64,000 nucleotides of DNA, taken from Octopus vulgaris. Taxonomy: Eukaryota. The stretch covers positions 130,634,001 through 130,698,000 of the forward strand of contig OX597814.1 of assembly GCA_951406725.2 (NCBI GenBank), in the 5' to 3' direction. The notes beneath the pieces were generated by a model. It made no database searches. It saw only the letters and a list, made by a program, of their open reading frames with translations, and was not told the origin of the DNA. This document shows, one piece after another, positions 11,694-25,217 of the stretch. The translations under genes were made by a program, and so were the position numbers. Positions within the stretch are counted from its first letter, which is position 1. Each line of letters begins with the position of its first letter.

Positions 11694-12042
11694 GGCGCAG
11701 GAGTGGCTGTGTGGTAAGTAGCTTGCTTACCAGCCACATGGTTCCAGGTTCAGTCCCACTGCGTGGCACCTTGGGCAAGTGTCTTCTACTATAGCCTCGG
11801 GCCGACCAAAGCCGCGTGAGTGGATTTAGTAGACTGAAACTGAAAGAAGCCCGTCGTATATATGTATATAGATATATGTATGTGTGTTTACGTCCCGTCA
11901 CTTAGCGGTTCGGCAAAAAGTGCCGATAGAATAAATACTGGGCTTCCAAAGAATAAGTCCTGGGGTCGATTTGCTCGACTAAAGGCGGTGCTCCAGCATG
12001 GCCGCTGTTAGATGACTGAAACAAGTAAAAGAGTAAAAGAGT
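11694..12042 (+). mobile_element. SINE family A, young copy with both ends
   Basis: GGCGCAGGAGTGGCTGTGTGGTAAG...GGTTCAGTCCC...ACCTTGGGCAAGTGTCTT (CORE-like)...tail ending (GTAAAAGA)n. Confidence 0.9.
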
Positions 12043-12235
12043 ATATAAATGAAATCACTCAAACACACACGGTCGAGCAGTTCAGAAAATGGAATAAATC
12101 TTCTAAATGAACAGCATGAAGAGTTATAAAAAAGAAACAATTATGATTAGATATATCTCTCAGTAGATAACGACTAGAAGTAGATTTTGAGAATAGTAAT
12201 AAAAATAATTCATGTTACGTATACACTATAACTTG

Positions 12236-12480
12236 GAGGCTCGTGACTTAGTGGTTAGGGTGTCAGCATCATGATCGTAAGATTGTGGTTTCGATTCCTG
12301 GACCGGGCGACGCGTTGTGTTCTTGAGCAAAATACATCATTTCACGTTGCTCCTGTCCACTCAGCTGGCAAAAATGAGTAACGCTGCGATGGACTGGCTT
12401 CCCGTCCAGCTGAGGAACACATACGCCATAGAAACCGGGAAATCGGGCCCATGAGCCTGGATAGGCTTTAAAAAGGGCGC
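12236..12480 (+). mobile_element. SINE family C head/core with V-domain-like tail
   Basis: A box TGACTTAGTGG, B box TTTCGATTCC, GTGTTCTTGAGCAA core, tail GCTGCGATGGACTGGCTTCCCGTCCAG...AAAAGGGCG. Confidence 0.85.
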
Positions 12481-12485
12481 ATGTG

Positions 12486-12786
12486 AAGGCGCAATGGCCC
12501 AGTGGTTAAGGCAGCGGACTTGCGGTCGGAGGATCGCGATTTCGATTTCCAGACCGGGCGTTGTGTGTGTTTATTGAGCGAAAACACCTAACAGCTCCAC
12601 GAGGCTCCGACAGGGAGTGGTGGCGACCCCTTTTGTACTCTTTCGCCCCAACTTTCTCTCACTCTCTCTTCCTGTTTCTTGAGTAGTACTGCGATGGACT
12701 GGCGTCCCGTCCAGCTGGAGGGAACATATACGCCACAGAAATCGGGAAAGCGGGCCCATGCGCCTGGCCAGGCTTGAAAAGGGCGA
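12486..12786 (+). mobile_element. tRNA-derived SINE family D with the same V-domain-like tail
   Basis: GGCGCAATGGCCCAGTGGTTAAGGCAGCGGAC head (as at 57372); tail TGCGATGGACTGGCGTCCCGTCCAG...AAAAGGGCG. Confidence 0.85.
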
Positions 12787-13114
12787 TGTTTTTATCGTTA
12801 TACACTATAACAGGCGAGGATCCGTTTAAAATAGTAAACATTATTTTTATTCAAAAAAGTGGATGAAGGAAAGAGAAAGGTTTACGTTAATGTCCTTACA
12901 GTGGAGTAAAAGACTGAAGTGAGAGTAATGTCAGCATTTGTAGAGAGGATCCTTTGTCGATGGCTATATATTTCAGTGAAAGGATCAACGTTAGGATATT
13001 CTACCCTTAAAAAGCACAAAGATGCAGGAAGTGAGATTGGTAGTGAAAGGTACATAACTGAAATGTTCTTTATGTAGAAAAGAACGACAGATAGATAGAT
13101 GGATAGATCTTTGT

Positions 13115-13149
<35 letters not shown>

Positions 13150-13182
13150 TGTATGTATGTATGTATGTATGTATGTATATAC

Positions 13183-15043
<1,861 letters not shown>

Positions 15044-15148
15044 CGCTCTTATGATTCAGCCAACCTGCCGCATTCACCATAATACTTATAATATTGATGA
15101 AAGAACCTCTCCGTTGACACTTAATTTGTTCGAAATAACATCTAAGTC

Positions 15149-15566
15149 GGATCTTTTCGGTTTGAACGGCAGCTTTTTCTAGCGGTGTCATAGGAAATTG
15201 TCACCCATAATTATGACCCTAGTATCGATCTATTGTATTTCAATCTGTTTTAGGGTTAGGGTTAGGGTTTGGGGTGGGGGGAAGGGTATTTTTTTTCTTC
15301 ACAAATGTAAATAAACCCAATCTGTTTCTTAAACGAGGGACATATTCATACGGCCCAGAATGTTTTCACCTCAATAGACGTCATTGATTGGTTGAAATTG
15401 CAGAAATTGAAGAAAAAAAACAAATATCTTACAAACTATAGAATTGTCTCAATAAAGCCAAGAGAAAAAGATGTTTTATAAACACATTCTACCAGTATAC
15501 GAAGTTTAAAAGTGTTTAGTTACGTGGAAATTATTTTAAAAAACTGCCGGTCATACGGAAAAGATC
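15149..15566. mobile_element. MITE with ~28-bp TIRs and 9-10 bp TSD (Mutator-like), internal (TTAGGG)3
   Basis: TIRs GATCTTTTCGGTTTGAACGGCAG / CTGCCGGTCATACGGAAAAGATC; TSD (C)ATCTAAGTC at 15139/40-15148 and 15566/7-15575. Confidence 0.85.
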
Positions 15567-15994
15567 ATCTAAGTCTTCCTCAATTCCCACTATATCGTCT
15601 TAAATTCTAGACATAAAGAAAGATGAAATGATCAAGGCTGGAATATTTCTGATCATAGATCGGTTCTTCAAGGATTAAACAACAAATACAAGAACAGTCT
15701 TGCATATATATCCTAGTTTCTTCTTTTTTCGAAGGTGACCAACACTCTACCACTTCGACATTGACACCATCTCTTAAAGAACAACACCAACGGAGGAAGA
15801 ACTTGCAACTGGAATTTCGACCTGCTTTTACTACGTCTTCCGTCTATCTTCACCTTCGAGGAAATAACGGATATGGTAGCATATTATGGATGCATCTGAT
15901 CGCCACAACGAAAGGTTTTTCATCTGTTTATGGTTCTAGGAAATTTGAGTTCATATCAGTATAATGAAAAGGATTAGTGCTGAATGACACTGCT

Positions 15995-16165
15995 TGATAA
16001 CCAGTGTTAGTTTGTTTTCATCCTTGTATCTCAACGGGTTGGTAAAGCAACCGAGAGTATAAATGCCAGAGTTAAAAAGTATAATACTCGTATCAGTTTA
16101 TTTGACTAAATCCTTCGAGGGGGTGCTCCAGCATGGTCATAGTCCAACGACTGAAATAAAAGAAT
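15995..16165 (+). mobile_element. SINE family A 3' tail, diverged
   Basis: GACTAAATCCTTCGAGGGGGTGCTCCAGCATGGTCATAGTCCAACGACTGAAA. Confidence 0.6.
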
Positions 16166-16579
16166 AACATCCTGTTATATTTTGATTTCGCTCCATTATT
16201 TTCCAAACATTCAACTGAATCTATGGTACCAATCGGATATTGCCCTTTGCCTATTTTCACTTGTATCAATCAATATTAGTTAAGTAAGACGCAAAAAAAA
16301 CAACAAAAACTGTAAAATCGGCTTTAGTGAAACGTGGAAGTGAAGATTTGATTTTTTCTTTTTTTTTTCTGTACATCACCGAAAACTGGGCCTTGGCTTT
16401 GTATGCACCACAGTGTACCAAATAGGTGTAAAAAACAAGAGGACAATAACGGAAGTAGTAGTAGTAGTAGTAGTTTACAAAGAGAAGCAGGCAGGGGAGA
16501 TAGATGAAGAGGAGATGAAGGTAGAGTAGGAATAGGAGCGGAAGACGCAGAATATGAGGCGGAGGAGGACGCAGAGAAA

Positions 16580-16669
16580 GAAGAAGAAGAAGAAGAAGAA
16601 GAAGAAGAAGAAGAAGAAGAAGAAGAAGAAGAAGAAGAAGAAGAAGAAGAAGAAGAAGAAGAAGAAGAA
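16580..16669. repeat. (GAA)n trinucleotide microsatellite
   Basis: Perfect array directly visible. Confidence 0.95.
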
Positions 16670-17281
16670 ACTGCAGTGAATGGTTTCAATCCATTCAACC
16701 AAAGAGCTTTTTTGCGGGGAAAGATTTGGAAAGTAGTGCAATCACAATCATTGAATATGCAAAAATGAAAATAAAAAAAGAAGATAGGTAATAAGTAAAT
16801 AAATTATAATGGGAATACATTATTTTATTCTGTATTCTTCAAAGAAACCGATCGAGTGAAATATGAAAAGGAAAATTAGTTGTGACTCAAGAAACGTTAT
16901 GTGAAAAAGGAAAATTTATGCACGAATGCTAGCAGGAAATGTTAAATCGAAAATTGGTGGAAAATACAAATAGGTAGGTAGAGAATGTACGCCTACTTAG
17001 AATCCAAGAACAAAGGAAACGTAAATGATTTAGAAAACTACTGGGCAAAAACAAAAAAAAAACGAAACAGCAACAACAATAACAATAGGAAAACAATACA
17101 TACCACTGAGGGGGTTCTCAAGGTAAACTAACATGAATGCTACAAAGTAATAGCTCGACCTACTAAAAATTGCAGCCAAATCACCTCTCAATCGCGGCCT
17201 GCCGTCTGGGGAAAGAACAACAGTAGGACACTTTGTGTAATGTGTTGTATGCGATTGTGTATATATATATATATATATATA

Positions 17282-17460
17282 TTCTCTCCTTTTTTTTCTC
17301 TCAGTGTTTCTCTCCTTGTTTTTTCTATGTCCCTTTCTGTAGAAGAGCGTAGGCTCGAAACGTAAACGACTTTTTCTATTCCTGAGCGTTATAGTAATAC
17401 ATCTGTTTGTTTTGTACACCACATGTCTTCATCTCTTATTTTTTTCGTAAACTCTCCCCC
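17282..17460 (+). mobile_element. Short hammerhead-like repeat (CTGTAGA core variant) between (TA)n arrays
   Basis: cttt-CTGTAGA-A-GAGC-gtag-GCTC-GAAAC-GTA at 17333-17370; homologues at 23605-23793(+) and 24966-25157(-). Confidence 0.7.
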
Positions 17461-17535
<75 letters not shown>

Positions 17536-17971
17536 AGAAAAATAATTAAAGACGGGTTGATGACGGCTGGAACGTCTTTTATCATAGATCAGAACTGATC
17601 TTGATATATACAAGAAGAGCAAAACGAAATTCTACGTCTCATGTATCGGTACTTTTCTAAAGAACCATGTAAATCTCAACAGTAACCTTGTCTTACTTTT
17701 CTTGTCAGTCTTTTTTGCTTTGCTTTACTCACGATGAAATTATTCCTGTAAAACATATAAATGGTACATCTTATTTCTCTAGTTCTATCAATTTACGTCA
17801 AGGTCTATTTAAACGAAGTCAATGGCTTACTGATACTTTTTTTTTTCTCTTAAATTAATTCTGTCAAAAATCAATAAGAAATGTCTTATATATAAACGCA
17901 CATATAGACATAGCCATGTAACTGCGAAGCAAAGTGAGAAAATGGAAAAGACATTTAAGAGCCACCTAATA

Positions 17972-19197
17972 TCAGGACATCCTTTAGGTTCTGTCCGATT
18001 TTACCTTTTTTAAAGTTGAGTGAAATTAATAGTATTTTAGAATGTCTAATGGAATTAAACATTATTTTTATGCATTTTTGTACATTTAAACTAATTAAAT
18101 ATTATTTTACAGAATAATAGAATTAAAATGTTTTGATTAAAACCCTTTCTATCATGGAAGTATCCAAAGAGAATTTGAGGCACATAATGCTTTATGATTA
18201 CAAAAAAGGAAACTCTGCAGACGAAGCGATTCGAAACATAGACTCAGTTTATGGGAAAAAATACTTGAATGAAAGAACTTGCAGAAGATGGTTTGCAAAA
18301 TTCAGAAGTGGAGATTTCAGCCTTTAAGATGAAGATCGAACAGGACGTCCAGTTGAGTTTGATTATAAGCTCCTTGAGGCATTACTTGAAGAAAATCCAA
18401 TCCTGCATTATCAGCTGAAGAATTGGCAATAAAGCTTTGTTCAAACCATACAACTGTTTATCGTCATCTTCAACAGCTGGGAAAGATTCTAACTTGGAAA
18501 ATGGGAGCTTCATGAGTTGTCCGAAAGCAACCGCATATCTCTCCTTTCTCGCGAAATCATTTCACCCCTTTTGGATAGACTTGTGACTGGTGACGAAAAA
18601 TGGATCTTCTATGTTAAACGTCGTAGACAGTGGCTTGGTAAAAAAAAAAAGCTCAACCACAACCGAGAAGGGAACTTCATGGGAAAAAGGTTCTTCTCTC
18701 TAACTAGTGGGATTGCAAAGGAGTATATTCACTTTATATTGTTACCACCTAATGCAACAATCAATGCTCTAGTCTACTATCAGCAATTAGAGCGTTTGAA
18801 CCAAGCTTTGAAGAAAAACAGACCCGCTTTAGTGAATCGAAAAGGAGTGATGTTTCATCAAGATAATGCGCGACCCACACTGCAAAGATCACATCACAGA
18901 AGATCGAAGAGCTCGGATGGAAAAAACTTCCTTATCCACCTTATTCTCCCGACCTTGCTACTTCAGACTACCATTTGTTTCGTAGTTTACAGAATCATTT
19001 GGGTGGACATAACTTTTCGCAAGCCAGGAGGAGGTCGAAACTGACATTTCAGAGATCTTCGCATTGAAACCAAAATAATTTTACAATGATGGGATTAAAA
19101 AGCTTGTAAATAGATGGAAGGAAGTCATAGATAATCAGGGACAGTACATTGATGATTCTTTATTCAAAATTCGGACAAAACTTATGGGATGACCTGA
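17972..19197 (+). mobile_element. Full-length decayed mariner (D,D34D) DNA transposon
   Basis: TIRs TCAGGACATCCTTTAGGTTCTGTCCGA / TCGGACAAAACTTATGGGATGACCTGA, TA TSD on both sides; transposase fragments WFAKFRSGDFSL, LVTGDEKWIFY, FHQDNARP, PYSPDLATSDYHLF with stops and frameshifts. Confidence 0.93.
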
Positions 19198-19249
19198 TAG
19201 TTCACAATTTCAAAATAGTAGCCCAAATTTAAATCCTGATATATTGATT

Positions 19250-19458
19250 TCAGGTTCCGGTACAAGGCCAGCAATTTCAGGAAAAGGGATAAGTTGGTTA
19301 CATAGACCCAAGGTGATCAACTGGTACTTATTTTATCGACCGCCGAAAGGGTGAAAGGCAAAGTCGATCTCGGCGGAATATGAACTGGGAGCTTGAAGAC
19401 GGCCAAAATGTCATAAAGCATTTTGCCCGCGAGTTAACGAGTCTGCCAGCTCACTGCC
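19250..19458 (-). mobile_element. SINE family B, diverged
   Basis: CTGGTACTTATTTTATCGACC...GAAAGGCAAAGTCGATCTCGGCGGAA...CTGCCAGCTC. Confidence 0.75.
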
Positions 19459-19570
19459 TTAACACCTTAGTATATAGTAAATGGTATTTATCTCTCAATA
19501 GATGGAGTAGATGTTTTATCTTTCTTTTTCTTTTTTGATCCCGCAAATAGCGGAACAGTACAATATATAT

Positions 19571-19650
<80 letters not shown>

Positions 19651-19693
19651 ACATATATATATATTTATATATATATTTATATATTTATTTTTA

Positions 19694-19748
<55 letters not shown>

Positions 19749-19784
19749 GAGTGAATGTGTGTGTGTCTGTCTATCTATGGATTC

Positions 19785-20103
19785 TGCGAGTGACTGTGGC
19801 TTTGAACTGGTTGATCAACATCCTTATTTTCCTGATGTAACCTCATCTGACTATCTTCTATATTTCCAGCATGATAAAGCACTTGGCTGGGAACCAGTAT
19901 CGCAATAATAATGATGTGATATTTACTCTTGATGACTTTTTTTACCAACAGGTTGAAAGCTGCTTTGGCAATGGGATCCAAGCACTGCAACACCCATGGA
20001 AGACGTATGTGGACTGCAAGGGGGACGATGTTGAAAGATGAACCTCATTTGATCACATTCCATGAACATATTGGGCGGCCTCAGAATTTTTCAGCCAACC
20101 TTT
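19785..20103 (+). mobile_element. Mariner transposase C-terminal remnant with right TIR (second subfamily)
   Basis: Translates CGFELVDQHPYFPDVTSSDYLL...GIQALQHPWKTYVDCKGDDVE (YSPDL-like motif and mariner C-terminus). Confidence 0.75.
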
Positions 20104-20154
20104 GTGTTTGTATGTATATACACACACACACACACACACACACTCACTCACACG

Positions 20155-20224
<70 letters not shown>

Positions 20225-20301
20225 AATACATCCATGTACACATACGTAGGCACACATCGCACTCACGCATCCGCACACACTCACATCTATCTATCTGTCT
20301 G

Positions 20302-20386
<85 letters not shown>

Positions 20387-20647
20387 ATATGTGCGCGAGT
20401 GTGTATTGGAGTATGTTTGTGTGTGTTTGTGTGTCACTGCTAACGTTGTACTTGGAAACTGTGAGTAAGGTGCAAGTTTCGAGTATTTGTCGGTAACTTT
20501 TTGTCTTTTTTTCTCCTCATCTTTTAATTCTAATTACCCAACTTTCTAGGCTCTTCTTACATCTTTCCCGCGTTCAAAAGTTATACGGGTATTTTTTAAA
20601 ATTTTCATTCAATAAGTAATTTTTTTACATTACGTATACATTAATTA

Positions 20648-20825
20648 GGCGGCGAGCTGGCAGAAATGCTAAGAGACATTTCGTCTGTCCTTTTTTTTTA
20701 CGTACTGAGTTCAAATTCTGCCGAGGTAAACTTTACCTTTCATCATTTCAGGATCGATAAATTAAGTACCAGTTGCCTACTGGAGTCGATCTAATCGATT
20801 GGTCCTGTGTCAAGAGTAGAGAAGA
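20648..20825 (+). mobile_element. SINE family B
   Basis: GGCGGCGAGCTGGCAGAAA...GAGTTCAAATTC...GATAAATTAAGTACCAG. Confidence 0.8.
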
Positions 20826-21002
20826 TTACGTATACATTAATAGCGAATTATAATTTAAAAGAGAAAGTGAGAAACTTTGCAAATGAAAATGGAATATGTG
20901 TACATATGTGCATATGCAGATTCTATGAACGAAGTTTTACTTTCCCCATGCCTATTGGAGTAGTTTCCTTTTATTCAGCGGTTTTTTCATTGCCTTTTTG
21001 TT

Positions 21003-21066
21003 TGTCTTAATAACTGATGAGCAGACTTCAGCCACGGCATCAGAAACTCTGAGTTTTATTATGACA
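21003..21066 (+). ncRNA. Type I hammerhead-like motif with canonical core
   Basis: Stem I tgtc-t-taataa / ttatta-t-gaca; CTGATGA (21014-20); GAAA (21043-46); palindromic stem III ACTC-T-GAGT; site GTT; stem II poorly paired. Confidence 0.6.
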
Positions 21067-21151
21067 GCCAACTAATTATCACATTTTATATTTATAGATG
21101 AATTCCTCTATTTACATAATATCGCGGTCTCCTCCAATATTTTGTTGTCAT

Positions 21152-21222
<71 letters not shown>

Positions 21223-21300
21223 GACAGGCTTCTTTAAGTTTCCATCTACCAAATCCACTCACAAGGCTTAGCTCGGCCTGAGGCTATAGTAGAAAACAAG

Positions 21301-21372
<72 letters not shown>

Positions 21373-21695
21373 TGTCATAGTAGAAAAATTCCAATTAATA
21401 AATCCGTAAAGTTCAACCTGTTTTTAAAAAACGTAAATATTATATCATGCAATCAGAGAAAAATCACTTTCTACGGCCGTTTCCAGAGAAGTCCAGTATC
21501 TGTTATAGATTCCATAAATAGAAATAAGATAAAACGTCAATCGAATAAAGACTCTAATACTAATAACGTACCTAATATAGGCCCAGGTAACAATAACATA
21601 TCTAGAATAATAAATCTATGTAAATCTAAATTTAATAATGTCAACCTTTGGTAGTTACAGTTCCTGATAACCCACCCCCACCCCCAAAATAAAAT

Positions 21696-22150
21696 TCAGC
21701 ACAGATGATGGATTTGTTGAGCCTATATCTCCTCTCCCAAATTAAAAGTTCCTTTCCAAATGTATTTGGAGGTCTTTATAGGGACAATGCGCTCCTTGCT
21801 ACCCATAGTCTATCTAAACGGGCAGTAGAAATTTCTTGGGAAATTTTTGTGAAATTTTTTCAACCTAAATATTACTTTTGATACTAATTCTAAGGTAGTC
21901 AATTTTCTGGACGTCACATTGGGTCTCAATACTGAATTATATTACCCATATACTGAATTATACTGCCTAACCAGTCCCTGCAATATATTAACGATTCCTC
22001 TAATCATCCTAGGTTAACTATCATCAGCATTATTACAGCTATTTCCATTAGAATTTCAAATTTATCTGCTAATGAGATCATTAATCAATATTATATAATA
22101 ACGCCTTGAAATTAAGTGGTGTTAAGAATCAAATTTCTTACATACCTAAC
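21696..22150 (+). pseudogene. Penelope-like RT remnant
   Basis: SAQMMDLLSLYLL...GGLYRDNAL (YRDD-like)...VVNFLDVTL...YINDSSNHP...ISIRISNLSANE, with frameshifts. Confidence 0.8.
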
Positions 22151-22329
22151 ACTAAACTTTAAAAAAAGTACTAAATATATTTCCTAATTCTAAAGCTATT
22201 AGTGCAAACCCTGTATTGATAAACATAGGTATAAATAAGCCATTTGGTAATTATTTAACGTGCTTGAACTATATAATCTAAAGATGATATATGATTCCCT
22301 TATGCATAACTTGCACTATAACGTGGGGG

Positions 22330-23367
22330 GGGGGGCTCGATAATTACGGACCAGGATAAATTATAATCATTTTCGCTTAGTGTGCTTGTGGTAGGGTGAG
22401 GGTTGGTGCCTTCAGGGAAAGGGTGGGGCAGTGTGGGGCTAGCTGGGAGTCGAGTGGATGTGGAATGGGGGTTATCATACACAGATTGTGCCATTTTTCT
22501 CCTCTTTCTGCTCCTCTTTCCTGCTGTTTCCCATCCGTTTTTGGTTTTCTCTTATTTTCTCCTTCTTCTTCCACTGGTTCTCGCCGGCAGTAGAGGTGCA
22601 GTTTCTTCTACATTCTCGGGCGCTTCTTGTACCTTTACGGGCAGTGGAGGAAATTTCTCTCTAATGTCGCCTTTTTGGCCACCTTTATAACAGCAAGGGA
22701 TCCTGCTCTCCACTCTAACTCTAAGTATCACTTCGTCGACCGTTATGGTCTCCACCATATTTTCTAGGTCCTCCGGAGCGGCCTGAATTACTATATCCAG
22801 GCTCTGTTATTGCCAATTTTTATGTGCAGTACTGATGGCTTGGAGGACCACTATCTTCTCCTCGTGACCCAGCAGTATTGCAGCTATTAACCAGGCCACA
22901 TCTACTTCCGGTGGGATGTCCTCGACCCTTACTTAGGAAGCACGTCTTGACAGGTAAATGGGCAGTAGTACCACCTCATCGGTCTTTAAGGCGATTACTG
23001 TGTTCTGCCTGGCAGTAGCTAACCACACCTCCACTCTCCTGAAGTAAGAAATTCCCTGCTAGATGGGCTTTAGGGCCTTTTCTACTTGGTTCGTTGTCAC
23101 CATCTCAATTTTTCTTGTTTTAACACTGCAAATTCTGTAGATTATTATATTTGCCTTCGTTTTCCTAAATACTTCTTGCCCCTCTCTACGAAGCATATTC
23201 TTGTATTTACCAAATTCCTCTATATTCACATTAATTTCTTTCTTGTGGCTTTTGGCCACGGACGTAAAATTCATTTTTTCTTCTTTCTTGTCCACATCAG
23301 AAATTGCTCTCAGCAATTTTTCCTCGAATGTTGCTAGTTCTGAAGAACTGAAATTGCCGTATTCCAT
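22330..23367 (-). pseudogene. Non-LTR retrotransposon ORF1 (L1/Tx1-like) remnant
   Basis: Interrupted frame MEYGNF...VRVEDIPPEV...RVESRIPCCYKGGQKGDIREK (decayed CCHC knuckle) followed by a Pro/Glu-rich tail. Confidence 0.55.
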
Positions 23368-23390
23368 TTTTCACGACAGTGTTACGCCTG

Positions 23391-23499
<109 letters not shown>

Positions 23500-23604
23500 G
23501 CATGTATGTGTGTGAGAGTTTTCATGTTGTCTGTGTCTGTGTGCGCGCGATCATGTTTGTAGTGTACATTTAATTATGTATATATATATATATATACATA
23601 ATTA

Positions 23605-23793
23605 AACGCCATGATAGATCGTTAGCCAATACACACATTTTTTCTCTCCTTGTTTTTTCTGCGTCCCTTTCTGTAGAAGAGCGTAGGCTCGAAATGTAAA
23701 AGACTTTTTCTATTCCTGAGCGTTATACTAATACATCTGTTTGTTTTGTACACCACCTGTCTTCGTCTTTTGTTTTTTTCGTAAACTCTCCCT
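23605..23793 (+). mobile_element. Short hammerhead-like repeat (CTGTAGA core variant)
   Basis: Aligns with 17282-17460; motif at 23667-23704. Confidence 0.7.
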
Positions 23794-24376
23794 ATATATA
23801 TATGCGTGTGTGTATGTATGTATGTATATCTTGATTCTACTTAAAATGGGCATAAAAGGTACTTTTATAAAGAATGAACATAAATGGTTTTAATAATATT
23901 TAGGGTTGTTCTGGAGTTAAACGTTAATTAATGTTTTTCTTTTTAATGAATATTAATTTCTACTATTATTTATTCACTAAGTCATATTAAACGAATGTTA
24001 ATACCCGTATATAGCAATTTGTCCTCAATATCATTCAATTATATAAATTTAATGGCCGTTAAAGATTGTTGCTTAAATATAAGTTCTGATTATTAAGATT
24101 TTAATTACATCTTAAATATTGTTTAATTGTCATTTATGTCATTCGATATACCGGCTTTGTCTGCCCTAGAAAAATCAATATCTAACTTTTTTATATGGAA
24201 AATGATGCAGCACTATTTGAAATAGTTACTCTAGATAATTCGGCATGGTGAAGTTTTGATTCTTGTTTTTGATTGCCACCTCTAAATCTTTTCCATACCA
24301 AGGAGTTTTTAATTGTAGTTTCTTAAGTGAATTCCTACGCGCTTTATCTTCTTCGAGTTCCACCGTTGAAAACGAT

Positions 24377-24950
24377 GTGTGTATGTATGTATGTATGTAT
24401 GTATGTCTTCTCTTCCTTCTTTAAATTTAGGCTAAATTTTGACCGGACACCTATTTGCTGGCAAAGTTGTTTTAACCATCATCATTTACATCTTTTCATA
24501 GTCCCAGATATTGTAATCAGTTGTAGCTTATGAATAAAGGATTTGCATTTTCTCCCCAAGATCCCAATTTTAGTCCCACTTTGATCCAGACGGGTTGAAA
24601 TCATCTTGCTGCATTGATAATAATAGATATGAAGCTGAACGTGTATCTTGGGTACTGGACTTGCATTTTTCTTATCAATGATCCAGAGATGTCATATTTC
24701 TCTAGTATTTTTCTAACCGCAATGGTGTCCAGAGGACAGCTGATTTCCACAACAGAACATATCTTTCCTTTGTGGTCCCACACAACGATATCTGACCGGT
24801 TTTGTTTTAATTGGTGGACGTTTTAATTTTCAATTCCACCAATATTCTTTTGACCCATCGGTCTCAATATGGTCAAATTCGTTTGTAGGTATTTTCTTTT
24901 TTGTTATTCTGCTGGAGACTTTTCTAGTCACTATATCATGCCTCAGGGGA
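24377..24950 (-). pseudogene. RLE-type non-LTR retrotransposon 3' fragment with (TACA)n tail
   Basis: KEYWWN...WDHKGKICSVVEISCPLD...LIRKMQVQYPRYTFSFISIII...KLQLITISGTMKRC, then short UTR and (TACA)n. Confidence 0.72.
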
Positions 24951-24965
24951 AGATGATATCTGGAA

Positions 24966-25157
24966 GACATCCACGAAAAAAAACAACAAAAGACGAAGAC
25001 AGGTGGTGTAGAAAACAAACACATGTATTAGTATAACGCTCGGGAATTGAAAAAGTCTTTAACGTTTCGAACCTATGCTCCTTCCACAGAAAGAAACTCA
25101 GAAAGAAACAAGGAGAGAAAAAAATGTGTGTAATGGCTACCGATCTATCATGGCGAA
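24966..25157 (-). mobile_element. Short hammerhead-like repeat (CTGTGGA core variant)
   Basis: Reverse complement aligns with 23605-23793; motif ttt-CTGTGGA-AG-GAGC-atag-GTTC-GAAAC-GTT-aaagac. Confidence 0.7.
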
Positions 25158-25181
25158 TGTATATATATATATGTATGTATG

Positions 25182-25217
<36 letters not shown>

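Noticed and set aside
15250-15270. (TTAGGG)3 as a chromosome fusion or telomere relic
   Set aside because: Lies inside a TIR/TSD-bounded MITE
18133-19044. SETMAR-like host gene
   Set aside because: No SET domain; TIRs, TA TSD, stops and frameshifts show a dead mariner
23605-25157. Single inverted element bounded by the two HHR-like repeats
   Set aside because: Arms are noticeably diverged, flanks are microsatellites so no TSD can be shown, and an unrelated RLE fragment lies between; cannot be distinguished from independent insertions
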